This document shows positions 22,702 through 37,200 of a DNA stretch of 64,000 nt, piece by piece. Both the position numbers and the translations under genes were made by a program. Location: contig JAQGDQ010000244.1 of assembly GCA_030141605.1 (NCBI GenBank), positions 62,001 to 126,000 on the forward strand. The letters run 5' to 3'. The stretch's first letter is position 1. Each line of letters begins with the position of its first letter. Origin of the DNA: Tubiluchus corallicola. Lineage: Eukaryota; Animalia; Priapulida. A model generated the notes under the pieces. It did not search any database and was not told the DNA's origin. It was given only the letters and a program-made list of their open reading frames with translations.

Positions 22702-25700
22702 CTATTTGAATCTACATGTCTTGCTGTTGTCACCTCGACATTTTGGACAGAACCACTTCCCCTTGGGTTTCGTGGTCAATCTTACGCAGGAAAAATGAAA
22801 CCATTCTATTGGACACTGTTCGTTATCACAACCAATCATTTCGCCGTACGAAACTTGTTCGCAAAGGCAATACGTAGGCTCGTTGGGATCGATCGCTTCT
22901 CCTAGTGGTGAATCGGGCGTCTTCTCTTTATCGGTCTTTGTCTTTCTTTTCTTTTTCTTTTGCCTCCTTTTTTCTGGTTCTGGTTCGGGGATGCTATCGC
23001 GAGAGATGCTGTCGTAGTTTCTTCTTCGCGATCTCTTTGTCCCGGGCTTCTCTTTCTGCGTCTGTGAGCATTCCTCCTGCTGTTGGTTATTTTGCTGCTG
23101 TGCTTGCTGTTGCTGCTTGTTGGTCACCTCTTGTTTTTCTTCCGGTTTACCAACATCTAAATATAAAGATTTTTATGGTAAGTAATGAAGTATATTTCTT
23201 TTAAAAATCAATACTATTTTTCATATACTGACAGCAGTGGCGGCTCGCGCATAGGTACTGTAGAACTGCAGCACCCCCTATTTTCAATCAATATTATCAA
23301 TAATATTCAATGTAATAAGGCTTTTTTCGTTAATTCTTACTTTATACTTGTAAGGAACCAGAGCGTGTGAGGGTAGTACTGTTTGCTTCACAGCCCAGCA
23401 CAGTGGTGTGTTGTGCACTTGCGGCCATGCGCACATGTCTGAGATAACATGCTGTATGTTGCACTGCTAGCGTCTGCTGCTAGGTAGAGAAAGTACTGTC
23501 GCTCACACAGTTTGTTGTCAGTTATCACATGTTTAAAAACTGTGTACTGGCATATTCTTGAATTGCGGCAATTTAGGCTATCCGTAAGCACAAAAATTTT
23601 TTGTTTAGGATTTTATCAAGAATTATGTATAAGTTTTTATACGTTTGTGTGTTTAAAATCACAATTACAAATTAAAACATAAAAATTACATATGTTTCGT
23701 TTTACACAGTATTAAAACAATGGCTAAAAAGTTTTTGAAGCAGCACTCCCACTAATTTAAACTACGAGCCACCTAGTGACTGACAGCCTGTAATGTTCTG
23801 CACCTATTCTATGTCGTATGCTCAATATATCTTAATGTTTGCAAGCCAAATCAATTTGCTTGGTACGAAAGATCAAAAGGTGCTTTAACATCGTTTTGTT
23901 ATAAACGTATACAAAGAAGTGTTGTGGAGATCGCTGGCATCAATTAGAATTGCATAGAACATCGTAGAATGTTCTGTCGGAATGACCGCCTTACCGTCTG
24001 GATTGTTCTGGAAGTTTCTACAGTGCGCTATATAAGGCGAAGTAGGCCGCCGACACGGGGAAACACACAGAGCACGCAGATCTAACATAGACATATACTT
24101 GTTTACTTACCTTTTCAGATATACTTAAACGTTTTTCAGATTTTCACGTTTACAGTAATCGTTTCTCGTTCCTTCATACTTTTGTGTTGTAGAATTCTCG
24201 CTAAATAAAGTAGTTTTATTTGACGGCATGTTTTCTGGTTTTCTCTACGAGCCTTCCGAGAGAAACAAAACACAAAAAGAAGTAATAGGATTAAGAACCT
24301 CTAGACTCATCGTGTAATTCACACATGGCTTTATTGGTTTATAAGCGGTCAATAAGTGGTCAACAAGGCCACATTATCCTACAGTAAAAGATAAGACTAG
24401 GGTCTTTCAAGTTTGGGGGCCCTAAAGTTTTCGTGACATTTAGTAAAAGTCTGTTTTTTCACTATGGTTGTGTTAAAATATGTGCTAGCTTGGTTTGCAA
24501 TGATAGTAAAACAGTGCTATTTCTTAATTGACAAACAAAAGTTAGCTATTTTAGTTCATTTAAAAGAATTTGCAATAAATTTAAGTACGTCAAACTACAT
24601 AAATGTCGCTAAAACATATTATGAGTAAAAAAACATTCAAGACGGATGCAGGCTCTGTAATTTCATTTGCCCCCTAGACCCCTAATCCGGCCCTGGTCAA
24701 CAGCAACTTATAAAAAATGGACTCTGTGTAGTTTGTTGACCAAACGGTTGACCTCCCAGTGTTGACCAGACGGTTTAGTCTAGTGGTAATGCGTCTGCTT
24801 TCCGTCTGGGAGGTCGTGAGTTCTAACCAGTGGCCCGGGTCATACCAAAGACTTTAATATTGCCCTGCCTGACGTGTAGTATTTAGGGTAAAAGTGGGGT
24901 AATAATAGTCTCTGTTATGTAGTTGTAGGTTGTTATTTACAGTGGGTGATAATAGCTCTTTGAGCTAATGTTAATTGTTGACCCAAAAGCCGACTTTAAA
25001 TAAAGATTATTATTATATAATTATTGTGCGTAATGGAACTCACCTAAACTTTGATAATCCATCTCTAGTTGTCTTGCTTTGTTATCGATCATGTCGATAA
25101 CCTGAGACATTATTTGCAGTTTTTCATCACCGATTTCTTGTGTTTTAATAAGAGCTCTGTGAATGTGGAGTAAGTTCCGTCGCCGTGTTGCCTGTTCCGT
25201 CTCAGTTAGAAAAAGATCCAGATGTTGGTCCATTTCTCTCAGCAATGCTGATAAAAAAGCAATCATTTAAAGGAAGACAAGATGATTTTTCACATACTAC
25301 CCCATTTTTCAAAAAAAAGTATACATTCTAATACCAGTAAGAGCATTTCTGATAATCTGCAAAAGCATTTCTGATAATTAAATATTAGATTAAACACTTA
25401 ATTAACATGGGGCAACCCCAACTATTGATGACATCACAATGTCTGATTACCGTCTGGGAGGTCGTGAGTTCGAACCAGTGCCGTGTCATACCAAATACTT
25501 TAAAAATGGTACCTGCTGTTGCCCTGCCTGACGCGTGGTATTTAGGGTAAAAGTGGGGTAATAATAGTCTCTGTTATGCAGTTGTAGGTTGTTATTTACA
25601 GTCGGCGATAATAGCTCTTTGAGCCAATGTTAATTGTTCATCCAAAAGTCGAGTGTAAGTAAAGATTATTATTATTATTATTATTATTACGATGTACGTG

Positions 25701-26998
25701 ACAATTTTAAGTTGAACGCAAATATTTATGTAATGGACCTGAATACCAAATAAGTTATACAGAACCTCATTATGCAACTATTGGTTATCTGAAGATTCAT
25801 GTACGGCACTTCCCCTACTTAATGTGTCGTTATTAGTGACACTTTCACATGACCTTGAGCTGTGATGGACATCTCTTTGTGCTCAATAATTGCCGACCGT
25901 GCAATAAGCCTTTTCAAAGTTGTGCGCACACTCAGTTGCTGTACGTCAAAGGTTAAGTGTAGCACAGCGAGGAGTCTTAACTATTATCGTCACGTAACAC
26001 GTGGGTAAAGCAGTTGTCTGCTGCATCAGTTCAGTAATTTGAGTTGTTTTACGTGGACTTTACTTAATTATGCATTAGTCTGTGCGTAGAGTAATTTACC
26101 AGCCAGACTAAATTTAGCATTTTTCCCCTTTTCTTAATTACTTTTACAATACCATGGGATGCGAGGCGTTGTCAAGTGTTCACAAATGTGCTGTATGGTA
26201 CACTTAACCTTTAACCTTTTCACGATCATCATCAATTGCTGGAACTGTGAAAAGGCTTATTGTATGAGGATACATAATCATCAAACTACCTAGGAAAGCT
26301 TCAAAGCTAATTGATGAAGTGTAGCACCTCCTGTCAACAACACCACACTTGTACACAGCCATTGTTGTAATAATAACAAACTGTTTATTTTCTTACACCT
26401 TCTCATTTGTGTACGACAGATATTGCAGTTTTCTTAATTAAAAAATTACTGTATATATTTTAAGTTATGTTGTCATACACTGTGCACGTGGTATGAACAT
26501 TAAAGCCTAAATGTCAACTTCCCTTTAAAGGGTCACCACATGTAGTCCATCCCACATGTAATACAGAAAAGAATGCATCTTTGCAATTATGCTTAATATA
26601 GTGTCTGAAAAATTAGCCACTTGGAAATTAGCATTTGCAGTTTTTGTACATTAATGTGATGAATGTACGTTTTGGTCATTTTTGTGTTTGTAAACAGCAC
26701 GTATTGGTACTGCTGTTGGTAGTGTGGTACAAACTTCTCTTCATTCCTGTGGTAAAATTCTGTTTTGGCGTCTCAGGAATCATTGGGTTCAGTTAATTTG
26801 GCATACTAGTTCTTTTAACTGGTAAGTCCTTAATGCTATACAAAATCGAATTCTTGCAGTACCTTGATACTTAACATCCAGTTCTCGCATTTGTGAAACA
26901 TTTCGTTGTAATTCGTCTGGTAAAAATTCTATACTATCCATGTAATCATCTAAATAAGCAGCTGAATACAGCGCTTCAACTGCTGCTTGGTTAAGCAT
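22702..26998 (-). CDS. ING1: Inhibitor of growth protein, ING1/ING2-type PHD finger (264 aa)
   Basis: Exons 26998-26863, 25247-25044, 23156-22702 with consistent phase. ING N-terminus [27 protein letters not shown]...QEIGDEKLQ, a basic NLS, and [40 protein letters not shown]...[11 protein letters not shown]. Confidence 0.95.
23235..23778. mobile_element. MITE (cagtggcg termini); second copy at 52293-52814
   Basis: Shared ggtactgtRgaactgcagcacccccta...gagggtagtactgtttgcttcac...ttttacacagtattaaaacaatggcta. Confidence 0.75.
24764..25017 (+). mobile_element. tRNA-derived SINE with Meta-like central domain and (att)n tail
   Basis: Box A tagtctagtgg, box B gagttctaacc, ccgggtcataccaaagacttt core, ends aataaagattattattat. 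Confidence 0.75.
25450..25689 (+). mobile_element. 5'-truncated copy of the same tRNA SINE
   Basis: ccgtctgggaggtcgtgagttcgaacc...gtcataccaaatactttaaaaatggtacc...(att)n. Confidence 0.75.
25903..26261. mobile_element. MITE family C (aataagcc..ttca termini)
   Basis: TIR aataagccttttca...tgaaaaggcttatt plus subterminal aaaggttaagtgta; copies at 54671-55133 and 56102-56480. Confidence 0.75.
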
Positions 26999-28250
26999 TA
27001 TGGACTAGTTAAATGAGCGGTTGCACACAAACGGATTCGGCTCAGTATAACTAATAACAAAAGTTACATTCATCAAAACTTTGCATCGACGATAACGCAA
27101 ATAACAAAAATCTAATGATAAAACAAGTGAATACGCTAAATCACGAAACTATTCACTAAAACAACATCACGTAAAATACAATACAGTACAGTAGTTTACT
27201 TGGTGATCACACATCAATCAATGCAAAATATTGTGTTTTGGCGTCCTCTATGAGCCAGTCATGTAAACTCATGTGCGAATCGTGGTCAATGTCGTTGTGA
27301 ATTTTTTCTAGTAGTAGTACCAGTAGATAGGTAGAAGGGACTCTATATTTATTCTATTGAAGCGTCCACTATGAGCCAGCAATATGAAGTTTGTTGGTTC
27401 TAACCATATTCATTATTTAATTTTCTTAATTCCAAGCCATGAAAATTTATAAATCGCTAGAACAAAGGCTGACAAAACATTGACCTACGTGATGTGTACA
27501 TAGTGGCGTCAAGAATAGGGTCAGGAGTGGCCAGTGTTAGTGTAACGTTCGTACAATGGGAATGATTAATCATCATCATTATGAAATGAGTTTTCCTATA
27601 GTATGCAGCACATACGAACATGTTCTCCAGATTTCGTAGTTACAACGTTTTATAAAAATGACTGAAAATGACAAGTTTTCGTTTCACATTTCTTCCGGGT
27701 AAAACGACGGGTGTTACGGATGACGCGACACAAATGACATTGTTGGATAAATAAATTGTCAAATTTCGTCATGTAATTACGATACCTAACAAATATTTAC
27801 AACGACGTTGTCAACATCACAAATAGTCTCTGATTTCGTTTCAACGTATGTAATGTAGAAAAGTAAAACGTATTGTTTTGCCTATTCTATGACAGACAAG
27901 TAGCAATTACAAATAATATTAAAAATACGAATGCAAAGTAACATTCAGCATACAATCACATATTTTAAATGTTTTTTTAATCTTTATTGAAAATCTGTAA
28001 ACCAACATAAAATTATGATAACAAAAAAAAAATATAATGCACAGCAAGTATGTTTAGTAACATTATAACACAGCAAGATCATTGCAATGACTTTTGGAAC
28101 TTTAGTGACTTGCATGTTGCAAAAACACGACCATCACAAAAAGATATTAGTACATTCTAGGCATAAAAAACAAACTATTAAATACTTATTGTGACTTATA
28201 AACTTTAAAGGAACTAAAATGACAATGACAAGTAGAAGAACCTATAAACT

Positions 28251-28933
28251 ACAGTCAACCTCAGATATAAGGGACGCCTCGGAACTGGAAAAAAAACTTC
28301 CTCATATCTGATGTCCCTTATAGCTGAAGTTGAGTCAGACCCAGGGTGCATCTAGATCTGCAAGCTCTATATACTTCATCTGGTAGCCTAATGCCCAATG
28401 AACCGTTTGTTGCAATGTATGTAATGTACCGATATAATGCAAACATCCAATAGTCTTAAACTGAACACAAAAATTGATGTTTATTCAAACTCATCCCAAT
28501 TACAAGCCATTTTGCTACTGGTAGTTATGCTAATAATATTTATGCAAATGTTGATCAGCTCATTGGCCAATTATTTATACAGGATATTGTGATTGGCCGA
28601 GGTGCATCATGTGCGCACAGTGCATGATTCCATAAAGTTCCTGGAACTACCAGATCCAAGGAAATACAACTACCAGGTCCAAGGCAATACAGTAGGCCCG
28701 TGCGGGGTCTCGGCATAGACTTTTTAAGAGGTAAAAAACATTTGATCATAGGGTCCCTTATATGCGAAGTAATTTACCTGGGTTTTATTACGCTATCGTC
28801 CCTTATAACCGAAAGTCCTTTATATCCGAGTACCTTATATACGAAATTTTTTACATACGAAAAACATTACGAAAACTCGGGACTGGTGCTGCTGGTCCCT
28901 TATAAGCGAGTACCTTATACCCGAGGATGACTG
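28251..28933. mobile_element. pogo-like MITE
   Basis: TA|cagtcaacctcagatataagg ... ccttatacccgaggatgactg|TA. Confidence 0.7.
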
Positions 28934-29676
28934 TATATTTTTATGCACAATAACTGCTGACATATCTTTTGATAAACAACCGCAATGGCATCTGAAACTG
29001 AATTCAACCTCAATATCTTCTAACAAAAAGTAGTCATTTGAAAGATTGACAAACAAATGATGAACACGTTTTCACGATGCTTGCTAATATCTAAACTTTA
29101 CACACAGTTATCAGACACCTATCAATTAGTGAATACCTTTCACTCATTCACGACCAAGACCTACGAATCTTCTGCTACTGTATGAGCACAGGCATAACTA
29201 AATCATTACATATTAGGTACTGTTCTATTCGGGAGAGTCCTTAGCTATCCAATCATGCTATTTATTTAAACATTTATAAGCGATTTAGTTTGATAAAGTT
29301 AAGAAAAACACACCCTTTTCAGGCACTCCAACTTAACCTATTGAGTAGCTTAGTCTTGTGTGCACTTGCGTGATTGTACACACCATTTTATTGATCGCCT
29401 GCTTGCTACAACAGAAGCTGTGCAGTGTTCTGCAGCTATTCAAGGAAAAACCAACCGATCAGCTAAAGACAAATTAAGGTCGTTTCATCTTCTAACAGGA
29501 ATTTCTCTTTACTCTGTGACCAGTAAAAACCTACAAAAATTATCAAAAATAATGTAGTTGCTAGATAGTAAGAGCAGTTTTTCATGAACCCATGCAAAAT
29601 GCAGCAAACGCTTGCTATCATGAATCAGTTCAACCAAGGAGGACTTGTTTATCATAAAAGCAAAAGCTCTTCAGAA

Positions 29677-31855
29677 CTACAAACTTGAAAGAACCAATTT
29701 CTCGTTCCACTCTGATGGCCCATCATATCCATTATCTTCAATTGACTTGAGCCACTCGATGTAAGTCTGTAGCAGAGAATTCTGTATAGCACCTACAAAA
29801 TAACAACACCACAGTGTCATTAGTAAATCTGTATAATAGAAACATCTCAGTGGCGGATTTAGGGGGTGGGCCAACGGGGCCTGGGCCCGCCCTTTCATAG
29901 TAGCAATTACACCACACCAAGTGCATATTTTCTCTGGATTATAAGCTTTAGAACGTTCTGTGGTAGCTTTTAATGACTCATATCGAGTAAAAAGTTCTGC
30001 ATTAATGATTTCAGTGTAAAAACGTTTGTACACTTTAAGTGATAATTGAATTGAAGTTTTTGGCAAAGATATCGCTGTGCGCAATTATATGCTATACTAG
30101 TGTGTATACTAGTCTATTGGTGTATAATTAAGAGTCAAAAGTTTGAGGTGACATAATGAGTTTTAAACTATTGAATCTGCTTAAGGAAATAGTAAGAAAA
30201 ATGGTCTAAAATGGAGTAAAATACATTGGTAGCCGGGGTTCCCCAGACTCCCTAGCTACTTTTCGTTGGGCCCATCCTTTTTCTAAAGCCTGTATCCGCC
30301 CCTGATCTTATCTATAAACAGTTCCCTGCAAATATCCTTAAACTTGAAAAAACTTGTAAATTTTAAAAATAAAGTTGAATATTTAAAGGCAATGCTGAAG
30401 AAAGAGCAGTAGACATCTGCAGTACTTTTAGTTTTTTCACAGCAAACTCTAAATTTACGAAAATGAAGTAAAAACATCGACAGGCGGTTCTTAATAACAA
30501 AACCAAGAAGTACAGCAATAGAAAACATTGAGTTATTTGGTAAATTACTATATTTATGCATAGATGAACAACCTTAACACACATTGGCTGTTCGTTTGCA
30601 TGTTACTTATGCTAAAGCACTGAGCTTGCATAATAATTTTTAAACAAAGGTAGGTTTTCAGGACAAAACTTTTGTTTTCCTTAGCAAAAACATTTATACT
30701 TGTCGAAAATCACTACAACAGCAGCCACAGGGGCGTGTCAAGATTTCACGACGTCCTAGCCTGTAGTTCTATCACGCCCATCTCTATTGCGAATTTATGG
30801 TTGTTTATGTAGTGAGCAGATTAAAAAATTACTTGTAGTGTATTAGAAACACTATTATGTGGTTATTATTATTACATGTATTTGCGCTTATATTTAAGCA
30901 GGCTGTACAACTTTTTGTTGTGTAATACTTTGCACCTGTTCGTTATGTGGCACTTATATAAAAGACGAGCTCTGTAAGTGTCTGTGGTGTGCTATAAAAT
31001 GCGCCCTTTACATGAATATGAGTCTGCACATTTTCCAAGGAAAATAAGAATTTTTTTTTTAAAATGCCCCTCAAACTTTGGCACCCTAGGTTATAGCCTA
31101 GTTAACCTATTGGTTAACACGCCCCCGAGCATGCTTCACAAAAATTCTTGAATGGTTTACCTGCCAATAACTACGGTAATTTATAATTTATAAAGACAGC
31201 TATACAACTATAAGACAGCTTTTACCTTTAACGATCACGGCTTTATAGACAGGTGATGGTTTTTGGTTTTCATTGTGAGGCAGCAGGTTTTCACAAGTTC
31301 TGCATGAATACACTTTCCCATCGTTTGTCTCGACATCAACCGTAATTGCTCTATATACGCCCAAGTGCACGCCTTCTTGCCTGAAAGCAACAAATAAGCT
31401 GCCTGTGAGAGTCTTGCAAAATATGTAGTCTACCAGCAAATAAAGTCATGATGAAGTTCTGAACGGCGTCGGCGTTTACACAATAATTTCTGGCTTCATA
31501 CCATACGTACAAAAGAGAGATCGTATGATAATCGATCCAATAAAGTCATGATGAAGTTCTGAACAGTGTTGACGTTCACACGATAATTTCTGGCTTCATA
31601 CCATACGTACAAAAGAGACACCGTATGATAATCGATCCAATAAAGTTATGATGAAGTTCTGAACGGTGTTGACGTTCACACGATAATTTCTGGCTTCATA
31701 CCATACGTACAAAAGAGACACCGTATGATAATCGATCCAATAAAGTTATGATGAAGTTCTGAACGGTGTTGATGTTTACACGATAATAATAATAATAATA
31801 AATAATAGTAATAGTAATAATAGTAATAGTAATAGTAATAGTAATAGTAATATTA

Positions 31856-31911
<56 letters not shown>

Positions 31912-34170
31912 TTATTATTTGTATAGCACAATACCTCAGAGATCTTTTGAAATCACAAAATTATATTAATTGGAAATAGCGCAAAGCTTATAAGATTTTA
32001 AAAGTCATCATAAAATTAAAAAATGTAGACATAAAGCTGCATAAAAATGTGTGCTTTTAAGTGGTTTTTAAAAGCTTGTAATGTTGGTAGTTGACGCATA
32101 GTTAATGGTAAACGATTACACAATCGTGGAGCAGTAACTGCAAAAGTACGATGGCCATCTTGTTTCTTGCTTATATCTGGGTTCATTTAATCGTAAAGAA
32201 TCAGCTGCTATGCGGGTACGACTTGTAACACCATCAAGAGTAGCACTATTAATGACTCCATGAAAATAAAGTCATATATGTCTGCTTGCAAACCAAAACC
32301 ATCCATAAGTCGGCATAGTTAAAATTATGTCATGATGTTTCAAAGTAGAAAGCACCAACATTTTGATCTAATGTTAATTTATAAAAACAAATGCCAGATA
32401 TATTGGACTTTTTCCAGCATCAAATTAGCAAGAAGGTGTCCAAAAACACTTAAAATTTTATTTTATAACTCTTTACCCACTTTTCTGTCTAGAGCCTAGT
32501 AATGCAACTGCAAAAAACTCGTATTTTTAAACTCTGGTAGTAACTCATGGAAGCAGTGATTTTGCTTCGTGTTTTTTCTGTTGCCAAGAAGGAAGCGCCA
32601 TCTACTGGATTTAAATGTAACTTCAACAAGTTCTTGCAAAGTCCATAGCAACCCCACTTTTGTGCAGTTGCTAAGTGTTTTGTAGAAATGCAACTAAAAG
32701 CAATGGCTGACTTTAACACCGATTCTCTCAAGATTATGTTTTTCACTGCGTAGCCTGCACCTCAACGTGAATGTAGATTATCTCAGTTTAGAAATAACAT
32801 AGAGCCATGAGCAAGGTATCAAAACGATCCCCGTGAAATGTAGATTTATGCAAATAACTAGAAAACATTAAGTGCCGACTTATGGACGATTTTCCTATGC
32901 AATCGCACAAATAACTTACGCATCTAGTGATTCTAAATGCTCTACTGATACCTCCCACACAACACCCCAAACAACAGATGACGAACAAGGCAAGATTGTG
33001 GCAGAGGAACCATGCCATCGAGCACTGTGTCCTTTAAAGCCCAGACGATAACCCTATAAAAAAGAATCAACATGACTTATAACCAGTTAATTTAGAATTG
33101 AGCAGAGACTTTCATCAAAACATGATTCGCTAAGGAGCTTTAAAATCAGTGTAAATTAACTGACACTTTGTTAAATTCAGTCACCACTCTGCTTAAACAA
33201 TTTTTTTCAGTTATCTGATCCACTGTAATCATCGTAGACTTTAAGTGTGCTTGCACAGCAAAATCGGTCATAACTCGGTAATTATTATGCTTTTCTTGTT
33301 ATTCACAAGTTCTGAACCTCCATTTCGTGAGGATCATTTTGATACCAAGTTCATTGCTCTATGCTATTTCTAAGCTGAGATAATCCACGTTGAAGTTGAG
33401 GTGCAGGCTACGCATTGAATTACCTAACCTTGAGAAAATCGGTGTTAAAGTCAGCCATTGTTTTTTGTTACATTTCTACAAAACACTTAGCAACCACGCA
33501 AATGTTGGTTAGTACAGACTTTACAAGAATGCATTGAAATTATATTTAAATCCAGTAGATGGTTCTTCCTTAGAAAGATCTGGGCTTGGCAACAAAAAAC
33601 ACCAAAGCAAAATGACAGCTGATATCGGACTTTGAAAATACAATTTTTTTACAATTGCAGTACTAGTTTCTAACCAGAGAAGTGGGTATAGGGTTATAAA
33701 ATTTGATTCTGAGTATTTTTTAACATTTTCTTTATAATTTGATGCTAGAATATAAAAGTCTAGTGTTTGCTTCTATAAAATATTCAAATTTGATTAAATT
33801 TTTGGTGCATTCTTCTGTGAAGCATCATATCGTAGTTTTAACTAAGCCAACTTATGGATGGTTTAGGTTTGCAAGCACACACATGCTATTTGACTGTTCA
33901 ATGAAAGAGAATCAGTTGGAGCCACAAAAAGTTTAGATATCTGGTCTTTAAAAGGTGCTTCATAAACAGATTTGAAAAATCCACCGAACTTAATTATGAA
34001 ATTTTGCTAAATTGGCTGTCAGCCTGTGAAATAAAATGAAAGAATTGACATTTTACCTGTAACTTTGCAACTGCAACTCTCTTGGCACTGGGATTGTTCA
34101 AGTGAATCCTTTCTTTAAGCAAATTGCTCGCATAGCCAAAGTAGAGAAATGACTTTTTAGAGGAATTCAT
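29677..34170 (-). CDS. GGCT: Gamma-glutamylcyclotransferase (172 aa)
   Basis: Exons 34170-34057, 33053-32920, 31380-31226, 29792-29677 with consistent phase: FLYFGYASNLLKERIHLNNPSA, RWHGSSATI, VWGVVWE, LDAQEGV (catalytic Glu), KPSPVYKAVIVKGA, LKSIEDNGY. Confidence 0.93.
29848..30304. mobile_element. MITE (cagtggcggat...atccgcccctg); related copy at ~44718-45126
   Basis: Terminal inverted repeats and shared internal sequence. Confidence 0.7.
31438..31787. repeat. 100-bp tandem repeat, 3.5 copies
   Basis: taaagtYatgatgaagttctgaac recurs at 31441, 31541, 31641 and 31741. Confidence 0.95.
31785..32235 (-). mobile_element. L2-clade LINE 3' end with expanded (att)n tail
   Basis: Minus strand reads ...GHRTFAVTAPRLCNRLPLTMRQLPTLQAFKNHLKAHIF, the L2 ORF2 C-terminal pattern, then a 3' UTR, aataaa and the microsatellite at 31785-31911. 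Confidence 0.75.
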
Positions 34171-34232
34171 CTTACATCAGCAAATATGCAAACTATTGCT
34201 AAGAAAAAACACAGGTTATTTTACCTAACATA

Positions 34233-37200
34233 TATAATGTGTTGTATAAATGTAAGACCAAAACACAAAACGGCTTAACCAACTAACTTTTATTGCTCCG
34301 CATCATAATGTAGGTCTTCATTATTATCACATCTTTTTTTCTCTGGCATATTGTGACACAACAACTAAACAAAATGAAAAGCTTTGAATTACAGTCACCA
34401 ATTCACCTTTAGAAACAAATTTTGTGGATACTGCCTACTAGCCACATTTTATCATTATAGGTTACCTAGTACAAGAGAAGTTTAGAACTTGATTACCAAA
34501 ATGAATTTAGTTTTACATCCCACTTCTGACACCATATAATATGTTGATTAAATGTTAGTGCAAAACACTTAAGAACGCGTCTGCGAGAAGACCATGCAAA
34601 ATCGAAAAATTCCGGCACAAGGTTAGGTAAACCGATTCAGACCAAAGTTCGAGTATGAGGTCCACTAGTCACTAGTATTCACGATGTGAATCCGCTTGGC
34701 CCAACTCCTCATAGTAGCAGAGGTACGGTATAGGCCGATTTTCATGAAAAATGCCTATTTTTCTCTATTTTTTACTCGTATTTGAAGGATTAGTCATGCA
34801 GCAACTACTGAGTTTGAATAGATCTGACTCTGCACAGTATTGGATTTTGTTATCTTCTCCAAAATGACTCCAAAATGTCCCAAACCCCCCTTTTTTGGCT
34901 CTACCGGGGGTCTTTAAGCTCGCATTACACACAAGATGCATATACTCAGTCATTTCAAAGTCTTATATCTCACCCACTGCGGGGGCGGGGACAAAAATAT
35001 CGATATGTATGTGAATAGAGTATCCCATCCCACTATGCTGCAGTGACAATTTCGATGGAGCGAATTTCCACCCTATTGTAAAAGACCCCTGAAAGAGGCA
35101 TATATCAGGGTGAAAATATAGGTAACAACGTTCATCAGAAAGCTTCGTGTAGGTAAACATGAGTTGTCAAATCTTGTCAAAATACTTCAAAACATCATAA
35201 ATATTCATCTTTGGCAACTAGGGGCCTGGCCAGCACATTGGTTAAACTACCGACAGAATTGGACTCCATCATTCAAGATGGCGGCCAGTGCTGAACTAAA
35301 ATGTTCGTTTTCTGGGCTGTTTACCAACGTTAAATGCGGTATTCTGACTAGTTATCCGCACGAAATGAATATTGTGAATCTATTAGCCTGTACTAAAGAC
35401 ACTGGACCGCATTTAGATCTTGAAAAAATGAAATTTCTACGGAATGGAAATTGCTTCTTGCAAGGACTGGAAAATGTTTTACGTACTGTTTATTTTCTAT
35501 GCTTTGTAAATGTTATGTACAGGTTATTACCTAGTTATTACTTATTGTCTTACATAGGCGTACAAGCCAGGACACAAAGAAAATTGCCCTAAATCTGAGC
35601 GAATGCCCAAAAAATATGGGACAGACTTGATATCATTTGACCGGTGATTTTTTTTGACTGTAAAACAATCATTAAATCACACTATTGATATTTTTTGTCA
35701 GAAGTATCGGTTTTGTGCCACAAATAAATTTTGGGCGACGAAAAATTTTCTGAGCTAAATATCACCGCCATCCCCCTAGAAGCGGCCCATACGCTTATAT
35801 TGTCTCATGTTTAGACTGTAAGATTTTCACTTCATCACTTTCCCCATGATATATTTGTCTATTTTTCTGTATCTATCTTCTAGTGATAATCTACCTGCAT
35901 CGATAATTCTTTCTCTATTATTTAGATATTATGGTTTTGATTACTTGTACTATTCTTCAGTGATAGGATTATGCCGCTACAATAAGAACAGTATTTTGGA
36001 CTTAGAGAAATTAATTGTGACTGAGTTTTGTAGTTTTTCATTTTTGTACTGATATTCATAATCTTCTATGTATAGCCATGAAGCTTATTCATATAAAAAA
36101 GCATAAAAAAATGAACGGATTTCTAGTTTATATGTATATACCGAATGTTGTCAGATTCTTTCGCTAGCAATGACTCTCAATCTTAACAATCGGTACTTCT
36201 TTTCTATTAGAGGGCTTATTGGTTAGTCTTTCCTGGTATCCGCTAGCGATTCAGTGTGTAGAGAATGCCCTGAATCAGGGTCGGACTCGGTACAAGGGGC
36301 ATGCATGATGTCCTGTCCTGAAATCCATCAGAAGAGGCAATTATTCATATTTGTAGTCATATGAAAATTCCGACATAACTAAACCAATTTAAGATGAAAT
36401 TCGCAAATTTCTAGCAATTTCCATGGCAAAGGAATCTATTGCTACTAGGAAATTAGAGCACTAGTCACAGAAAATGCAGGTTAAATGTGGCTGAATGTCT
36501 ACTGTCATATACGACCTGAGCCAAGTATGTATACTTTTTACACATGGACGGAATTACTATGGAAAGTAAAAAAGTGTGTTGATATGGCAATTTTTTCTGA
36601 CAGTGCCCCCTTTATATAATGTCATTCATGATATTATCTCAGCTCGTGCGTTTTCATGAAATTTAGAATACAGATTTGTCACTTATAATCCAGCATATAT
36701 ATAGAGAAAATATTGAAAAACTACAAAAAAGGCGAATTTTGTTGATTTTTGTGAAATTTTAAAGTGCCAGTACTAAATACTGAAACAGGCTACAGCGAAT
36801 TTTCTTTTTTATATTATTAGTGAGCATGATGGTTAACACATACATGAAAACCAGAAGTTCTGTAGCCCCGCAGTGGACGAGCTATGAACCTTACAACTTA
36901 ACCTCTCCCTGGACTCTTAACAAAGAGCCAAATTTGAAAAATCCCGTTCTCTGATACTATTAATAGTATGTCAGAAAAAGTTAGGATATCAGAAGACAAT
37001 GTCTGGATCTATGTACCAGCCAACCTACATCGACCCATCTGTAATAGTTTATACAGGAGAAAAAGTTAAAATAATCCCCCAAAATAGCGATTTTTTGCCT
37101 CTTTTGAGGTCAATTTCTTGATGTGGTCATTTCTCTACTAATAGTATCTCGATCAATTTGATATCTTGGTTACATGGTTTTGGCGGGTCGCCCTTCATGT

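Noticed and set aside
31441-31762. Tandem C/D-box snoRNAs (ATGATGA...CTGA in each 100-bp unit)
   Set aside because: The boxes are only 4 nt apart, lie antisense to the host GGCT transcript, and I see no terminal stem or rRNA guide.
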